From the NCBI RefSeq assembly GCF_000025945.1, contig NC_006138.1, positions 1,620,001 through 1,652,000 of the forward strand: a DNA stretch of 32,000 bases, written 5' to 3'. Position numbers and translations under genes: made by a program. Under the pieces are notes generated by a model. The model did no database searches. It was given only the letters and a program-made list of their open reading frames with translations, and was not told the origin of the DNA. This document shows, piece after piece, positions 19,901 through 29,265 of this stretch; the first letter of the stretch is position 1, and each line of letters starts with the position of its first letter. Origin of the DNA: Desulfotalea psychrophila LSv54 (GTDB taxonomy: Bacteria > Desulfobacterota > Desulfobulbia > Desulfobulbales > Desulfocapsaceae).

Positions 19901-21730
19901 CACCAGAATTTCTATGTCTGAATCTATGGGGGTATCGATTGTGCGAAAGTTGGTGTCTGAACTTTTTTTGACAAAGGGGTTGGTCGGGATGCGCAGGCGC
20001 ATGGTTCCACCGTGCCACCATGAATTGTATATATTGTTGGTGGTGAGATTGTACTTGTAGTAACTGAGGCCCTGACGGACATCATCCTTTATATCGTGAA
20101 GGAGTCCTTTGGGTACCTGATCTGTCAATAGGGCAATATTATAGTTTGTTCTTGGGGAGAGGGCGAGGTAGCCGACAGCCTCTGTTGTATGGCGAACCTC
20201 CGTATCATTTGAACCCTCTTCCTGCAGGGAGATTTGCACTGAATCCTGCTCTAAATTACTAAAGGCTACGGCCACTGTATCGGGCCCGTTAAAGGTTAAG
20301 GCTGTGGCTAGAAAGGCACTGGTGGCTTTGCTCGTGGCAAAAGTTATAGAGGCGCTGTTGGAAAGACTCTGGGTGCCCACTTCTAGAACTGTATCCGTGA
20401 AGTTATATTGTCCTTTCTCCAGGGCCACATAGTCCACTGTTTCGGTTGCATGAGTTCGGCGGCTCGCCTTCCATTCTAATTCTTCCTCCTGCAAAATGAT
20501 ATCAAAGTCGGCTGTTGATATATCGTTAAGGCGGGTGGTGACGGTTTGATGGTCTGTGTCTGAGGTGATTGCGGTGATTACTACGGGAGTCGAAGAAAAA
20601 TCACCTGAAGCCAGAGACACATTTTTCCACGCGGAGCGACTGTTTACATAGCTTGTGTTGATTTTTGTGCTTCCTGCCATAATTTTTCCCCCGCCAAGCA
20701 GGGTGTGCGTCCCTGCCTCGATGACCAGGTAGGAGGCATTTCGTTGAGGCAGGGTTCCGTTGAGATACTCCCACTGCTCTGCCCGTATTTTAAAAGAAGA
20801 ATTTTTGATCTCCTTTATTCTGATTACCGCAGGGCGATTAGCGGTTGAATCGAGGGGGCCGGCAACAATAACGGGATTGCTATAATTTTTGCTCAGGGTG
20901 ATTTTTTTCCATGTCTCATCAAGGTCCTCAATGGAGCTAAATTCACCAATGATATCACCAATGTTATCGGTGATGGTCTTGGAGTATTTTGTGCTTATTC
21001 CCGTTGCCGTCATCTTTGCATAGGGGTCGTAGGTAGTTTTACTTGAACCGCCATAGGCAGGGCTGTTGACTCTTATGGGGCTTCCCGCAGAAAGTGGGCT
21101 GTAGTCAATTGAATTTGCTGGGGCATTTCGGCAAATTTCTCTGTCAATTGGCTCATTGTTTCCCACAATTTTCCAGTATAGGGTTGAATTGCCTGTTATG
21201 TTTAGATATGGGTAGCTGCTTCTGCTCTCTGTCTTGCCTCCAACGAGAACCTTTCTGGCTGCATCCATACGTCTGGTGACGATCCAGTTGAGAAAGTTCC
21301 CGCTCCAGCAGTTTTTGTCTGTTTGAGAGGAACATGTGCTTGGTACAAAGGCTCCCGTGGCTGATAGGGCAACGGCTACATCGTAGGGAGTGCCATTAAA
21401 TCCATCTGGGTTTATGCTAACCTTGGGGTCGTAATTGTAATTTGCCGTACTTTCAAAAATACCGTAATACTCTTTTGTACTGTCATAGTCTGACGGGAAT
21501 GATTTGCAGTTCCAGCCACTCTGGCTATACATTGGTTGCTTCATGCTCCCTGAATTATCGAGCATGAATAGGATGTTAGGCTTGACTTTGTTGGCTATGG
21601 ATGGTGGGTATGCTGTATAGGCGGCTCCCTCGCATGTACCTGCACTTGCCACTAAGGGCCCTGTGAGAATAAGGAGAGGTAGGAGGAGAAAAAGCGGGAG
21701 ATTTATTTTGTTATTCGGGATCTGTTTCAT
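16970..21730 (-). CDS. pilY1: PilY1-like adhesin B (about 1586 aa from the likely start MKQIPNNKINLPLFLLLPLLI)
   Basis: Signal peptide; NILFMLDNSGSM VWA motif; PilY1 C-terminal propeller (GDIIHSTPKVLNYGDNSLIFTGANDGMLHVFNGGK, DIDSDGYTDLILYGV). The track start at 21892 is probably too far upstream. Confidence 0.9.
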   Translation of the reverse strand: MKQIPNNKINLPLFLLLPLLILTGPLVASAGTCEGAAYTAYPPSIANKVKPNILFMLDNSGSMKQPMYSQSGWNCKSFPSDYDSTKEYYGIFESTANYNYDPKVSINPDGFNGTPYDVAVALSATGAFVPSTCSSQTDKNCWSGNFLNWIVTRRMDAARKVLVGGKTESRSSYPYLNITGNSTLYWKIVGNNEPIDREICRNAPANSIDYSPLSAGSPIRVNSPAYGGSSKTTYDPYAKMTATGISTKYSKTITDNIGDIIGEFSSIEDLDETWKKITLSKNYSNPVIVAGPLDSTANRPAVIRIKEIKNSSFKIRAEQWEYLNGTLPQRNASYLVIEAGTHTLLGGGKIMAGSTKINTSYVNSRSAWKNVSLASGDFSSTPVVITAITSDTDHQTVTTRLNDISTADFDIILQEEELEWKASRRTHATETVDYVALEKGQYNFTDTVLEVGTQSLSNSASITFATSKATSAFLATALTFNGPDTVAVAFSNLEQDSVQISLQEEGSNDTEVRHTTEAVGYLALSPRTNYNIALLTDQVPKGLLHDIKDDVRQGLSYYKYNLTTNNIYNSWWHGGTMRLRIPTNPFVKKSSDTNFRTIDTPIDSDIEILVDAVEHYPLIWGTTPLAENFYEVIRYFQQKGPYYNSSVNSAGDVASFLTEKAWDPYYFKELDAMIRCANSSVIIFTDGGSYTDSYVPPFNDEEFNESSASQAASAYSDGSNYTNDYDGNIVTGEGINTRNTDNSYKNNLDDLALWANLNRKGQALTEALSNSRDLRDDLKGEQYLTTYTVGFGISANSAEERLLQDTAAHGQGTYSLAEDGQQLKDVLKGTINSILDKTASGTGVSILSGNKSTGGTLNQSLFFPTKEFQDNKKYQVNWTGILHTYWYSSQNDIAYMQEDNVDRFFRNKFTDHIIEIVPNPNTGGLSIPYYAVEADGSKGARLGDHAKIGDIAKIWDGGQMLNDREVESAPDLIADPAPGLDTARRVIWGVDETDSIQEFTTDNVNSFDSLFGGSGFDPCLGGTAAERAVNTISYTRGAGDDFTTNGGGECRSRATDADTTGGKNRWKLGDIIHSTPKVLNYGDNSLIFTGANDGMLHVFNGGKIERGGLSGDQVATLINKKGDDGNNLVGKEVWSFIPKNSMPYLKYLADPDYQHLYAIDGAPYFVQHGDKTILIMGMRFGGATGSTGDKAISPETAGKGLSSYFALNITDPYAPKFLWEFTDPDLGFAYSGPAVISRKQKAGNSLKQKYVVFVSGPTDYQGQVQQNLKVFILTLDDDFKKTAVNTIAPKNVQKNSFGGRLYNNGMDIDSDGYTDLILYGVNEKNGAQGQLRAIAPTDQAVKKWTEKNILNSSQPVTSAVAFGTCFDDPFVYFGTGKWFFKKDDPDGKTNNLYGVNLQECRDNLAKGEDCLKSVGINSIHNTSGTCDVSDAKRNSNYAWRLDKGLAEYGADADDPDTIYMKERVLTDPTVSNLNITFFTTTQPTDDICSFGGRTRMWALNCMTGDSISTGCEENTEGQAYNLPAEIFHIILPLNAGDLNLLNQDSFDQDGNRATSWIMGTPPENSPFILPGNGITPKGEPLLWQER
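20123..20920 (-). repeat. About three tandem H-type-lectin-like protein repeats encoded within pilY1 B
   Basis: Recurring pattern W-K-x-[IV]-x-L...P-V...R-[IL]-x-[DE]-I...F-x-I-x-x-[EQ]...E...Y-L/V-A/V-[IL]-E-x-G in the translation. Confidence 0.55.
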
Positions 21731-21988
21731 GTCTGTGCTCTTCTCCTGTTTTAACCGCAACAATGTCCTGTGCTGTTCAATTCGTCCATCAAGGGCCGAG
21801 AGTACCTTGCCTTTCTGGTACGCCGTTGTTTCTGGTAGGCGAAAATTAAATCCATGGTAAGTGCGCCTACCAGTATCCTTAATTGTAGCCAAAGTTTATC
21901 GGAGAGTACAATTTTTTATGCATCTGTGGCAGGAAGCTTTTGTGAGAGGTAGGTATGATCTGCTGCGTGTGGGGACTGTGGTGGTTGG

Positions 21989-22014
21989 GGAGTATAGGCT
22001 CTTCACTATACTCC
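21989..22014. other. Perfect 9-bp stem-loop downstream of the CopZ-like gene
   Basis: GGAGTATAG-gctcttca-CTATACTCC. Confidence 0.5.
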
Positions 22015-22037
22015 TCCTGTTCTGATAGTGGGTGAAA

Positions 22038-22229
22038 CTATTTTGTCTCGAAACCCTGCTCTTCAATAAGTCGGCAGGCATCTTCCCGCTTGATATCACC
22101 TGTAATTCTTGCCTCGCCTGCCTGCAGATCCACCTCTACCTCTGCTGGCCCCTTAAGTCCTGCGAGGGCCTCTTTGACACTTGCCACACAGTGGGCACAG
22201 CTCATGCCTTCTATTTTTATTGTTATCAT
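22038..22229 (-). CDS. copZ: CopZ-like heavy-metal-associated (HMA) domain protein, 63 aa
   Basis: MITIKIEGMSCAHCVASVKEALAGL, the GMxCxxC metal-binding motif. Confidence 0.88.
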   Translation of the reverse strand: MITIKIEGMSCAHCVASVKEALAGLKGPAEVEVDLQAGEARITGDIKREDACRLIEEQGFETK

Positions 22230-22323
22230 TGAGCGATCTCCTGTTTTAGGTTATTCTAACATCTGAGGTTTAAATCCACTATATTTTTACCAAAAAAATA
22301 AGAAGGGTGAAAGGGGTTATACT

Positions 22324-24774
22324 GTGGCAAAATATTCAATTGTTGGAATGCACTGTGCTGCCTGTTCGTCCCGTATTGAGAGGGCGTTAGCAAAAGTTGA
22401 GGGCGTTTGTCGAGCAGAGGTGAATCTTGCCGATGAATCCGTGGAGCTGGAGTTTGATGAGCGTATCTCTATAAAGGATATTGGTGACCGGCTTAAGGGT
22501 CTTGGCTTTGAGCTTGTTATTCCCTCGTCTGTGGTGGGCAAGGACTATCAGTTTAGAATAACAGGGATGCACTGTGCCGCCTGTTCGTCTCGAATAGAGC
22601 GAGTTCTGGCCCAGACCCCGGGGGTGTTGGCCGTTGAGGTCAATCTGCCCGCCGAAACAGCCCATATTCAGGCGACCACCTCTGTGCGCAGGATAAAGGC
22701 CGCTGTTGCCAAACTCGGTTTTGGGGCAGAGCTTGTCAGTGATTTGGTGGCAGAGGATCAGCTCCGGCAGGAGAGAGGGCGAAAGGCCTTGGCAGATCAA
22801 AAGCACTCTCTGCTTTTGATGATTTTCTTTGCCCTCCCCCTCCTCTATGTCACCATGGGTGAGATGATTGGTCTGCCCCTGCCGCTAGCCCTTGCTCCGG
22901 AACACTCACCTGCCATCTATGCCTCTTTGCAGTTCTTCCTGGCTTTGCCCATTGTCTATCTGGGTCGCAGGTTTTACCTGCGGGGAATTCCCGCTCTCCT
23001 TCGGGGTGGGCCCAATATGGACTCTCTTATTGCCATTGGTACCGGGGCTGCCTTTATCTACTCCTGTGCAAATCTGCTGGGTATTCTGTTGGGTCAGGAT
23101 GCCCAGGTGCGGGTGATGGATCTTTACTTTGAGTCCGGTGCTGTCCTTCTTACCCTTGTCTCTTTAGGAAAATTTTTGGAGGCGGGGGCAAAGTATAAGA
23201 CAGGTGGGGCCATCAACGCCCTGATAAAGCTTACCCCGAAAACGGCAAGGCTTATCGATAGCGATGGCAGTCATCAGGAAATTGCTCTGGAAGAGATAGA
23301 GGTGGGAGACCTTCTTTTGGTCCGGCCCGGCGAGCGTCTGCCCGTTGACGGCAGGGTGGTCTCGGGGGCAGGCAGTGTTGATGAATCCATGCTGACTGGC
23401 GAGAGTATGTCCGTTACCAAGAGGGAGGGCGATCCTGTTTTTGGTGGGACTCTTAATGCCACCGGCGCCCTGCAGATAGAGACGGAGCAGACAGGTGCAG
23501 GCACGGTACTTGCCGGAATTATAGCGATGGTGCAGCGTGCCCAGGGGTCAAAACCTCCCATTGCCGCCCTTGCCGATAAGATCAGTCTCTACTTTGTCCC
23601 GGCAGTTCTTGTTATTGCCTTTATTACTGCTGGCCTGTGGTTTTTTGTCGGAGCCGTTCCCCTGCACGAGGCCCTGCGTTATTTTATTGCCGTGCTTGTT
23701 ATTGCCTGTCCCTGTGCCATGGGTCTTGCCACTCCCACCTCTATTATGGTGGGTACAGGTCGTGGGGCCCAACTCGGTGTACTTATTCGAAACGGTGAGG
23801 CCCTGCAGCGGGCAGAAAAAGTTGATCTTGTCGCCTTTGATAAGACAGGGACCATAACCTATGGCAGGCAGAGGTTGGTCAAAATTATTAATCGCAGTTC
23901 AATGCCTGAACAGGAGATCCTCTCTCTGGCGGCCTCCATAGAGAAAAATTCAGAGCATTCACTGGCTCAGGCCATTGTTCTGGCGGCAGAGGAGGCCTCG
24001 GCGCCCCTTCTGCCCGTGCAGGATTTTCAGGCCGTTGTCGGGCATGGGGTAGAGGCTAGGGCGGGGGGATTATCTCTTCGCTTTGGTAATATTCAGTATA
24101 TGGAGGGAAGCGGGGTTACTGGTCTGCCTGAGGCCGAGGAGATGAATCGCTTTGCCTGTCTTGGTCAGACCGTTCTTTATTTCGCCATTGATGAAAGCCT
24201 GGCGGCCCTGTTTATTGTCGAGGATTCCCTGAGGGAGGAGGTTCCTGCCTTAATCAAGGACCTTACGAGGATGAAGGTCCTTTCGGTGATGCTCACCGGT
24301 GACCAGAAAATTACCGCTAAGGCCATTGCTGTACAGGCAGGAATTGGCAAGGTCGTGGCAGAGATTCTCCCCGATGAAAAGGCCGTGAGGGTGGAGCGCC
24401 TGCGCAAAAATGGTCACTGTGTAGCCATGGTGGGCGATGGCATAAACGATGCACCGGCCCTTGCCTCAGCAGATGTTGGTGTTGTTATGGGGGCCGGTAC
24501 CGACGTGGCCATAGAGGCGGCTGATATTGTTCTTATGGGTAATAGGATTGAACATATTGTCACAGCCATTGGTCTTTCCCGGGCGGTGATGCGAAATATA
24601 CGGCAAAATTTATTTTGGGCATTTATTTTTAATATAATAGGCATTCCCGTGGCGGCAGGTATTCTGGTTCCCTTTGGTGGACCGAGTCTGAATCCTATGC
24701 TTGCAGGTACTGCCATGGCCTTGAGCTCCGTTACCGTGGTTTCTAATGCCCTGCGTTTGCGTCGATATAAATAA
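22324..24774 (+). CDS. copA: Copper-translocating P-type ATPase with two N-terminal HMA domains
   Basis: Two [13 protein letters not shown] motifs, CPC in [33 protein letters not shown]. Confidence 0.95.
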   Translation: MAKYSIVGMHCAACSSRIERALAKVEGVCRAEVNLADESVELEFDERISIKDIGDRLKGLGFELVIPSSVVGKDYQFRITGMHCAACSSRIERVLAQTPGVLAVEVNLPAETAHIQATTSVRRIKAAVAKLGFGAELVSDLVAEDQLRQERGRKALADQKHSLLLMIFFALPLLYVTMGEMIGLPLPLALAPEHSPAIYASLQFFLALPIVYLGRRFYLRGIPALLRGGPNMDSLIAIGTGAAFIYSCANLLGILLGQDAQVRVMDLYFESGAVLLTLVSLGKFLEAGAKYKTGGAINALIKLTPKTARLIDSDGSHQEIALEEIEVGDLLLVRPGERLPVDGRVVSGAGSVDESMLTGESMSVTKREGDPVFGGTLNATGALQIETEQTGAGTVLAGIIAMVQRAQGSKPPIAALADKISLYFVPAVLVIAFITAGLWFFVGAVPLHEALRYFIAVLVIACPCAMGLATPTSIMVGTGRGAQLGVLIRNGEALQRAEKVDLVAFDKTGTITYGRQRLVKIINRSSMPEQEILSLAASIEKNSEHSLAQAIVLAAEEASAPLLPVQDFQAVVGHGVEARAGGLSLRFGNIQYMEGSGVTGLPEAEEMNRFACLGQTVLYFAIDESLAALFIVEDSLREEVPALIKDLTRMKVLSVMLTGDQKITAKAIAVQAGIGKVVAEILPDEKAVRVERLRKNGHCVAMVGDGINDAPALASADVGVVMGAGTDVAIEAADIVLMGNRIEHIVTAIGLSRAVMRNIRQNLFWAFIFNIIGIPVAAGILVPFGGPSLNPMLAGTAMALSSVTVVSNALRLRRYK

Positions 24775-25133
24775 AATTGTTAGGGAATATAAGTAAAAGG
24801 GATACAGACGGGACTAAAATAAATTTTGATGTTTTTTGCCTGGAATCAGACAGGGTGTTTAGTCTCGCAATAGCATTGGTATGCTCATAACAGCGTTTTT
24901 ATTCTTCTGCTCGGCCTTGGTTTTTTGGCAGAGCTTTCTTGGCCGGGCAGCTATCAAAGTATATATTTTTGCTTGACTTTTTTTCAACTAATTTTATACT
25001 CAATAATCATATCAAAGCAGTTACTTCAACGTTACATAGCTAGTTCCATTTTTAGTTCAGTACGCTCACGGGCCCGATGGCTTGGAGCGAGGTTTTATAT
25101 AAAATTATAAACTTTTAACTAAAGAGGTATTCT

Positions 25134-26411
25134 ATGTCTAAGTTAGTAGCACCACACGGCGGTAAAGGGTTGGTCTGTGCGCTTCTCGAAGGCGATGCTT
25201 TAGCAGCAGAGCTGAAGAAGGCAACAGGACTTAAACAGATTGAAATTTCTGACCGCGCCAAAGGCGATCTTATCATGATGGGTATCGGTGGATTCTCTCC
25301 ACTGACCGGTTTTATGACCAAAGCTGATTGGAAGGGAGTTTGTGAGAACCTTCAAATGGCTGATGGTACCTTCTGGCCTGTACCTATTACCCTTGATATC
25401 AGTGCAGCAGATGCAACAGATGTAGCCGTAGGCTCTGAGATTGCCCTGGTAAAAAATGGTACCACCTTTGCCACCATGTTGGTCGAAGAGAAGTACGAGA
25501 TGGCTGATGAAGATAAAAAGTGGGAATGTGAGAAAGTTTTCATGGGCGAAGGTGAAGAATCCGTAGATGGAAACTTCTGGAAGCTCGCTCCTGAAGATCA
25601 TCCTGGCGTTATCATGGTTCAGGCTCAAAAAGAGTTTAACCTTGCCGGTCCCGTTAAGGTTCTCTCCGAGGGAGAGTATCCTGCAGAGTATCCAGGTGTT
25701 TATCTTAAGCCTGCTGAAACCCGTGCCATGTTTGAAGAACGTGGTTGGGCAAATGTTGCGGCTCTTCAACTCCGTAATCCAATGCATCGTTCCCATGAAT
25801 ATCTTGCAAAAATTGCCGTAGAGGTATGTGATGGCGTACTTATTCACTCCTTGATTGGTAACCTTAAGCCAGGTGATATCCCTGCACCTACCCGGGTTAA
25901 GGCCATTGATATTCTTATCGAAAATTATTTTGTTAAAGAAAATGTAATCAATGCCGGTTATCCGCTTGATATGCGTTATGCAGGTCCTCGTGAGGGTCTT
26001 CTGCACGCAACCTTCCGTCAAAATTATGGTGTCAACAATATGTTGATTGGTCGTGATCATGCTGGAGTTGGTGATTTCTATGGTCTCTTTGAGGCTCAGC
26101 AGATTTTTGACCGTGTTCCTGTAACCGGTGATCCCGGCAAAGATCTTCTCTGTAAGCCAATGAAGATCGATTGGACCTTCTACTGCTACGAGTGTGACGG
26201 AATGGCCTCTCTTCGTACCTGTCCTCATAAGAAAGAGTCTCGTGTTATTCTTTCTGGTACCAAGCTTCGTAAGGCCCTCTCCGATGGTGCCGAGGTGGTA
26301 GATCATTTTGGCCGCGATAAGGTGCTTGTCTATCTTCGTGACTACTATGAGGGACTCACCGAGAAGGTTGAGGTGAAGATGCAAAAGGCCGCTTCCGGTA
26401 GCGCTATGTAG
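25134..26411 (+). CDS. sat: Sulfate adenylyltransferase (ATP sulfurylase)
   Basis: [20 protein letters not shown] (QxRNPxHxxHE), [35 protein letters not shown]. Confidence 0.96.
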   Translation: MSKLVAPHGGKGLVCALLEGDALAAELKKATGLKQIEISDRAKGDLIMMGIGGFSPLTGFMTKADWKGVCENLQMADGTFWPVPITLDISAADATDVAVGSEIALVKNGTTFATMLVEEKYEMADEDKKWECEKVFMGEGEESVDGNFWKLAPEDHPGVIMVQAQKEFNLAGPVKVLSEGEYPAEYPGVYLKPAETRAMFEERGWANVAALQLRNPMHRSHEYLAKIAVEVCDGVLIHSLIGNLKPGDIPAPTRVKAIDILIENYFVKENVINAGYPLDMRYAGPREGLLHATFRQNYGVNNMLIGRDHAGVGDFYGLFEAQQIFDRVPVTGDPGKDLLCKPMKIDWTFYCYECDGMASLRTCPHKKESRVILSGTKLRKALSDGAEVVDHFGRDKVLVYLRDYYEGLTEKVEVKMQKAASGSAM

Positions 26412-26437
26412 TAAGTTTTTTGTCTCTGCAGTTTTGA

Positions 26438-26471
26438 GGGGTACTGCCTTTTTGGTGGTACCCCTTTTTTT
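26438..26471 (+). terminator. Rho-independent terminator of sat
   Basis: GGGGTACTGCC-TTTTT-GGTGGTACCCC stem followed by TTTTTTT. Confidence 0.85.
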
Positions 26472-26525
26472 ATGTTTGTTGTAGAAAGAATAGAAGAATA
26501 TTTTTAACAAACAGAGGAGAAGTCA

Positions 26526-27605
26526 ATGGCAGAGTTAACAGTGGGTTTAGGGGCACGTAGTTATCCTATTCGGATAGAGAGAGGTTGTCTTGACGGGGTT
26601 GGTGACAGCCTGGCCGAACTACAGGTGGGTAATCGTTATGCCATTATTGTCGATGATTATGTGGCTGGTCTCTATGGTGATCGGCTCTGTGCTTCGCTTA
26701 CCAGGGCAGGTATTCGCTTTCAGCTCTTCTCTTTTCCCCGTGGTGAAGAGAACAAAAATCTTACCACCTTTGCAGACCTTGCCTCTCGTCTTGCCCGCGC
26801 TCGCTTTGATCGTCATGATGCAATCATAGCCCTTGGTGGTGGGGTGACAGGAGATCTGGCAGGTTATCTTGCTGCATCTTATATGCGTGGCATTCCCTTT
26901 GTGCAGGTGCCGACTACCCTGCTCTCTCAGGTGGATAGTTCCGTTGGCGGAAAAACTGGGGTAGACATTCCCGAGGGCAAGAATTTGGTTGGTGCCTTTT
27001 ATCAGCCCAAGGCCGTCTTTATTGATCCTCAGGTGCTTGAAACCCTGGCCCATGAGGAGTTGCTTGGTGGTCTTGCCGAGGTGATTAAGTATGGTGTTAT
27101 TTGGGATTGAACGTTCTTTCATTTTCTGGAGGAGAGCAGGGAGCAGATTCTTGCCCTTGATCCCGAAACAGTAGAGAAGATGATTCTTACCTGTTGTTCC
27201 ATTAAGGCAGAGGTGGTTGCCGAGGATGAGCGCGAGGGCGGTTTGCGTAAGATTCTCAACTTTGGCCATACCATTGGCCATGCCATAGAGGCGGAGTCTC
27301 ACTTTTCCCTTATCCATGGTTTAGCCGTTGCCATAGGCATGGTGGCTGCTAGCCGACTGGCCTTTGCCAAGGGGCTTCTGGCAGCGGAGGAGGTGAGGGA
27401 GGTGGAGGAGATTATTGCCGGTTATGGTCTGCCAACAGAGATTCCGCTAGAATATGATAATGACAATATCCTCTCTTATCTACAGGTGGATAAGAAAAAT
27501 GTGGCCGGGCGGGTGGTCTTTGTCCTGCCGGAGAGAATTGGCGCCACCCTTATAAGCGACGGAGTGACTGAACAAGAAATTTTGTCTGTTTTACGTCAGG
27601 ATTAG
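26526..27605 (+). CDS. aroB: 3-dehydroquinate synthase with one in-frame TGA at 27108-27110
   Basis: The ORFs 26526..27110 and 27180..27605 are in the same frame. The sequence between them continues the AroB alignment ([70 protein letters not shown]). Confidence 0.9.
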
Positions 27606-27638
27606 CCTTTTATTAATGAGAAGGAGATGGTCGAGATG

Positions 27639-28100
27639 TCTGTATATGAATTTTACTGTAAGGGCTGTAATACCATTTTGAAGTTTTCAGGCGAAACGGA
27701 AGGGGCTGGGCAACCATCCTGTCCTCTCTGTGGGGCTGCGGGGCTTGTTGCTGAAAAGTCTCGTTTTTTTCTGGGTGAGAACTCTGCTGACACGGGGCGT
27801 GAGGCCCTGTTGGCTGGCCTAACTGAGGAGAAGATAGGTTTGGCCTTTGAGCAGCTTGGCAAAGGGGCGGAGGTGGATGGCTCGCAGAGCATGGTGGATC
27901 TTCTGCAGAGCTTTTCCTGTGATGCCGGTCTTGCTCCGACAGAGTTGCTGAAGAAGGTTCTGTCCGAAGGTGTGGACTCTGAGCGTGTCGGACAACTGGA
28001 AGAAGATATTGCCTTTCGCCATCTCGTTGTTGGTGGTGAGGATCTGCCTCGGCGTAATGAGAGGGTCTACCCTCTTGCCCAGTATCTTTGGGCTTGTTAG
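27639..28100 (+). CDS. Zinc-ribbon (FmdB-like) small cytosolic protein
   Basis: MSVYEFYCKGCNTILKF...PSCPLCG, two CxxC pairs at the N-terminus. Confidence 0.65.
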   Translation, partial: SVYEFYCKGCNTILKFSGETEGAGQPSCPLCGAAGLVAEKSRFFLGENSADTGREALLAGLTEEKIGLAFEQLGKGAEVDGSQSMVDLLQSFSCDAGLAPTELLKKVLSEGVDSERVGQLEEDIAFRHLVVGGEDLPRRNERVYPLAQYLWAC

Positions 28101-28158
28101 GAAATAACATGAGCATCTTGCCTCTCAGCTTCGGGCCATCTTATTTTGTAACAGATCT

Positions 28159-28506
28159 TTAGTGTAGGGTAGGTTTTGCTCCCCAGATAATGCTTTGGCC
28201 CCGGTAGATTTTTTCCTTTTCGATGATAATGGCTTGAACCTGTTCCTCTGTTAGTTGCAACTCTTCGGCAAGTTCTGCTGTGTTGTAGCAGGGTTGTCCG
28301 TCGGGGCTATAGGAACAGGGCTTGAGCCGGGGGAAGGCGTTGGTGGTTGCCTGGGCAGAGGCCATCAGGAGAAGATTCTGGATATCATGGGGGCCGTAGA
28401 GCATGATCCATTCGACAGCTTCACCCCATGTCTCAGAGTCAACTGTTTGATTTGTTACAATTTTCATTGCCATTTCAAGAGTCCACTGGTCTTTGAATTT
28501 TATCAT
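28159..28506 (-). CDS. Hypothetical protein
   Basis: ORF from an internal ATG (MIKFKDQWTLEMAMKIVTNQTVDSETWGEAVEWIMLYGP...). No family recognised. Confidence 0.5.
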   Translation of the reverse strand: MIKFKDQWTLEMAMKIVTNQTVDSETWGEAVEWIMLYGPHDIQNLLLMASAQATTNAFPRLKPCSYSPDGQPCYNTAELAEELQLTEEQVQAIIIEKEKIYRGQSIIWGAKPTLH

Positions 28507-28690
28507 TATTTTCCTGTAGAGAGTTGTTTTCTTGCTAGATCTTAATGCCTTATTGTAGAGTAGTGCCCAAGTTAGGTTTTTGTTCGCCTTGCTGTAGAAA
28601 TGAATCATGTTATTATAGCAGTAAGGACCGGGCGCTTGTCCAGTAAAAAGATATAATTACCCTGTTTATATATATGGAGAGGAGGTTAGG

Positions 28691-29200
28691 TTGGACGTTG
28701 ATGAATCTTTTATGGAGGTGGCTCTGGCGCAGGCTGAGCGAGCTCTGGTCGCGGGCGAATTTCCCGTTGGCTGTGTAATTGTTTCTCAGGGAGAGGTGGT
28801 GGCCGTGGGCGAGAGGCGCAACTCTGTCTCTGCCAATGAGTTGGATCATGCCGAGATGAATGCCCTGCGCACCTTATTGGCTCAGGGCCAGCCAGCTGAT
28901 ATGGAAAAGTTGGTGGTCTATTCGACCATGGAACCCTGTCTGATGTGTTATAGTGCCCTTATTGTTAATGGCGTGCGCAATATTGTCTATGCCTATGAGG
29001 ATGCGATGGGTGGTGGTACGAGCCTGCCCCTCTCTCAGCTTGCTCCGCTCTATGCGGGCATCAGGATGAATATCAGGCCCCATGTTCTGCGGGCGCGGAG
29101 TCTGCGCTTGTTTCAGCAATTTTTTAGTCGACCTCAGCCATATCTGCAGGATAGTTTGCTCTGTCGTTACACCCTTGGTCAGACGTCTACCTTGCCGTGA
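28691..29200 (+). CDS. tadA: Nucleoside/tRNA adenosine deaminase (TadA-like)
   Basis: LDHAEMNAL and STMEPCLMC, the zinc-deaminase motifs. Confidence 0.8.
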   Translation: MDVDESFMEVALAQAERALVAGEFPVGCVIVSQGEVVAVGERRNSVSANELDHAEMNALRTLLAQGQPADMEKLVVYSTMEPCLMCYSALIVNGVRNIVYAYEDAMGGGTSLPLSQLAPLYAGIRMNIRPHVLRARSLRLFQQFFSRPQPYLQDSLLCRYTLGQTSTLP

Positions 29201-29265
29201 TGGGTGAAATTTAAAATATAGAGGGCCCTGTGGCTTGGGCCAAGTTTTTATAAAGGAGATTTATT

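Noticed and set aside
25200-26510. 436-aa minus-strand ORF antisense to sat
   Set aside because: It lies opposite a strongly supported sat gene, has no recognisable domain or RBS context, and looks like an antisense artefact of codon bias.
27111-27150. bSECIS element after the aroB TGA
   Set aside because: The only pairing found is short and rich in G-U/A-U pairs, without the expected bulged U and GGU-type loop. Not listed as a feature.
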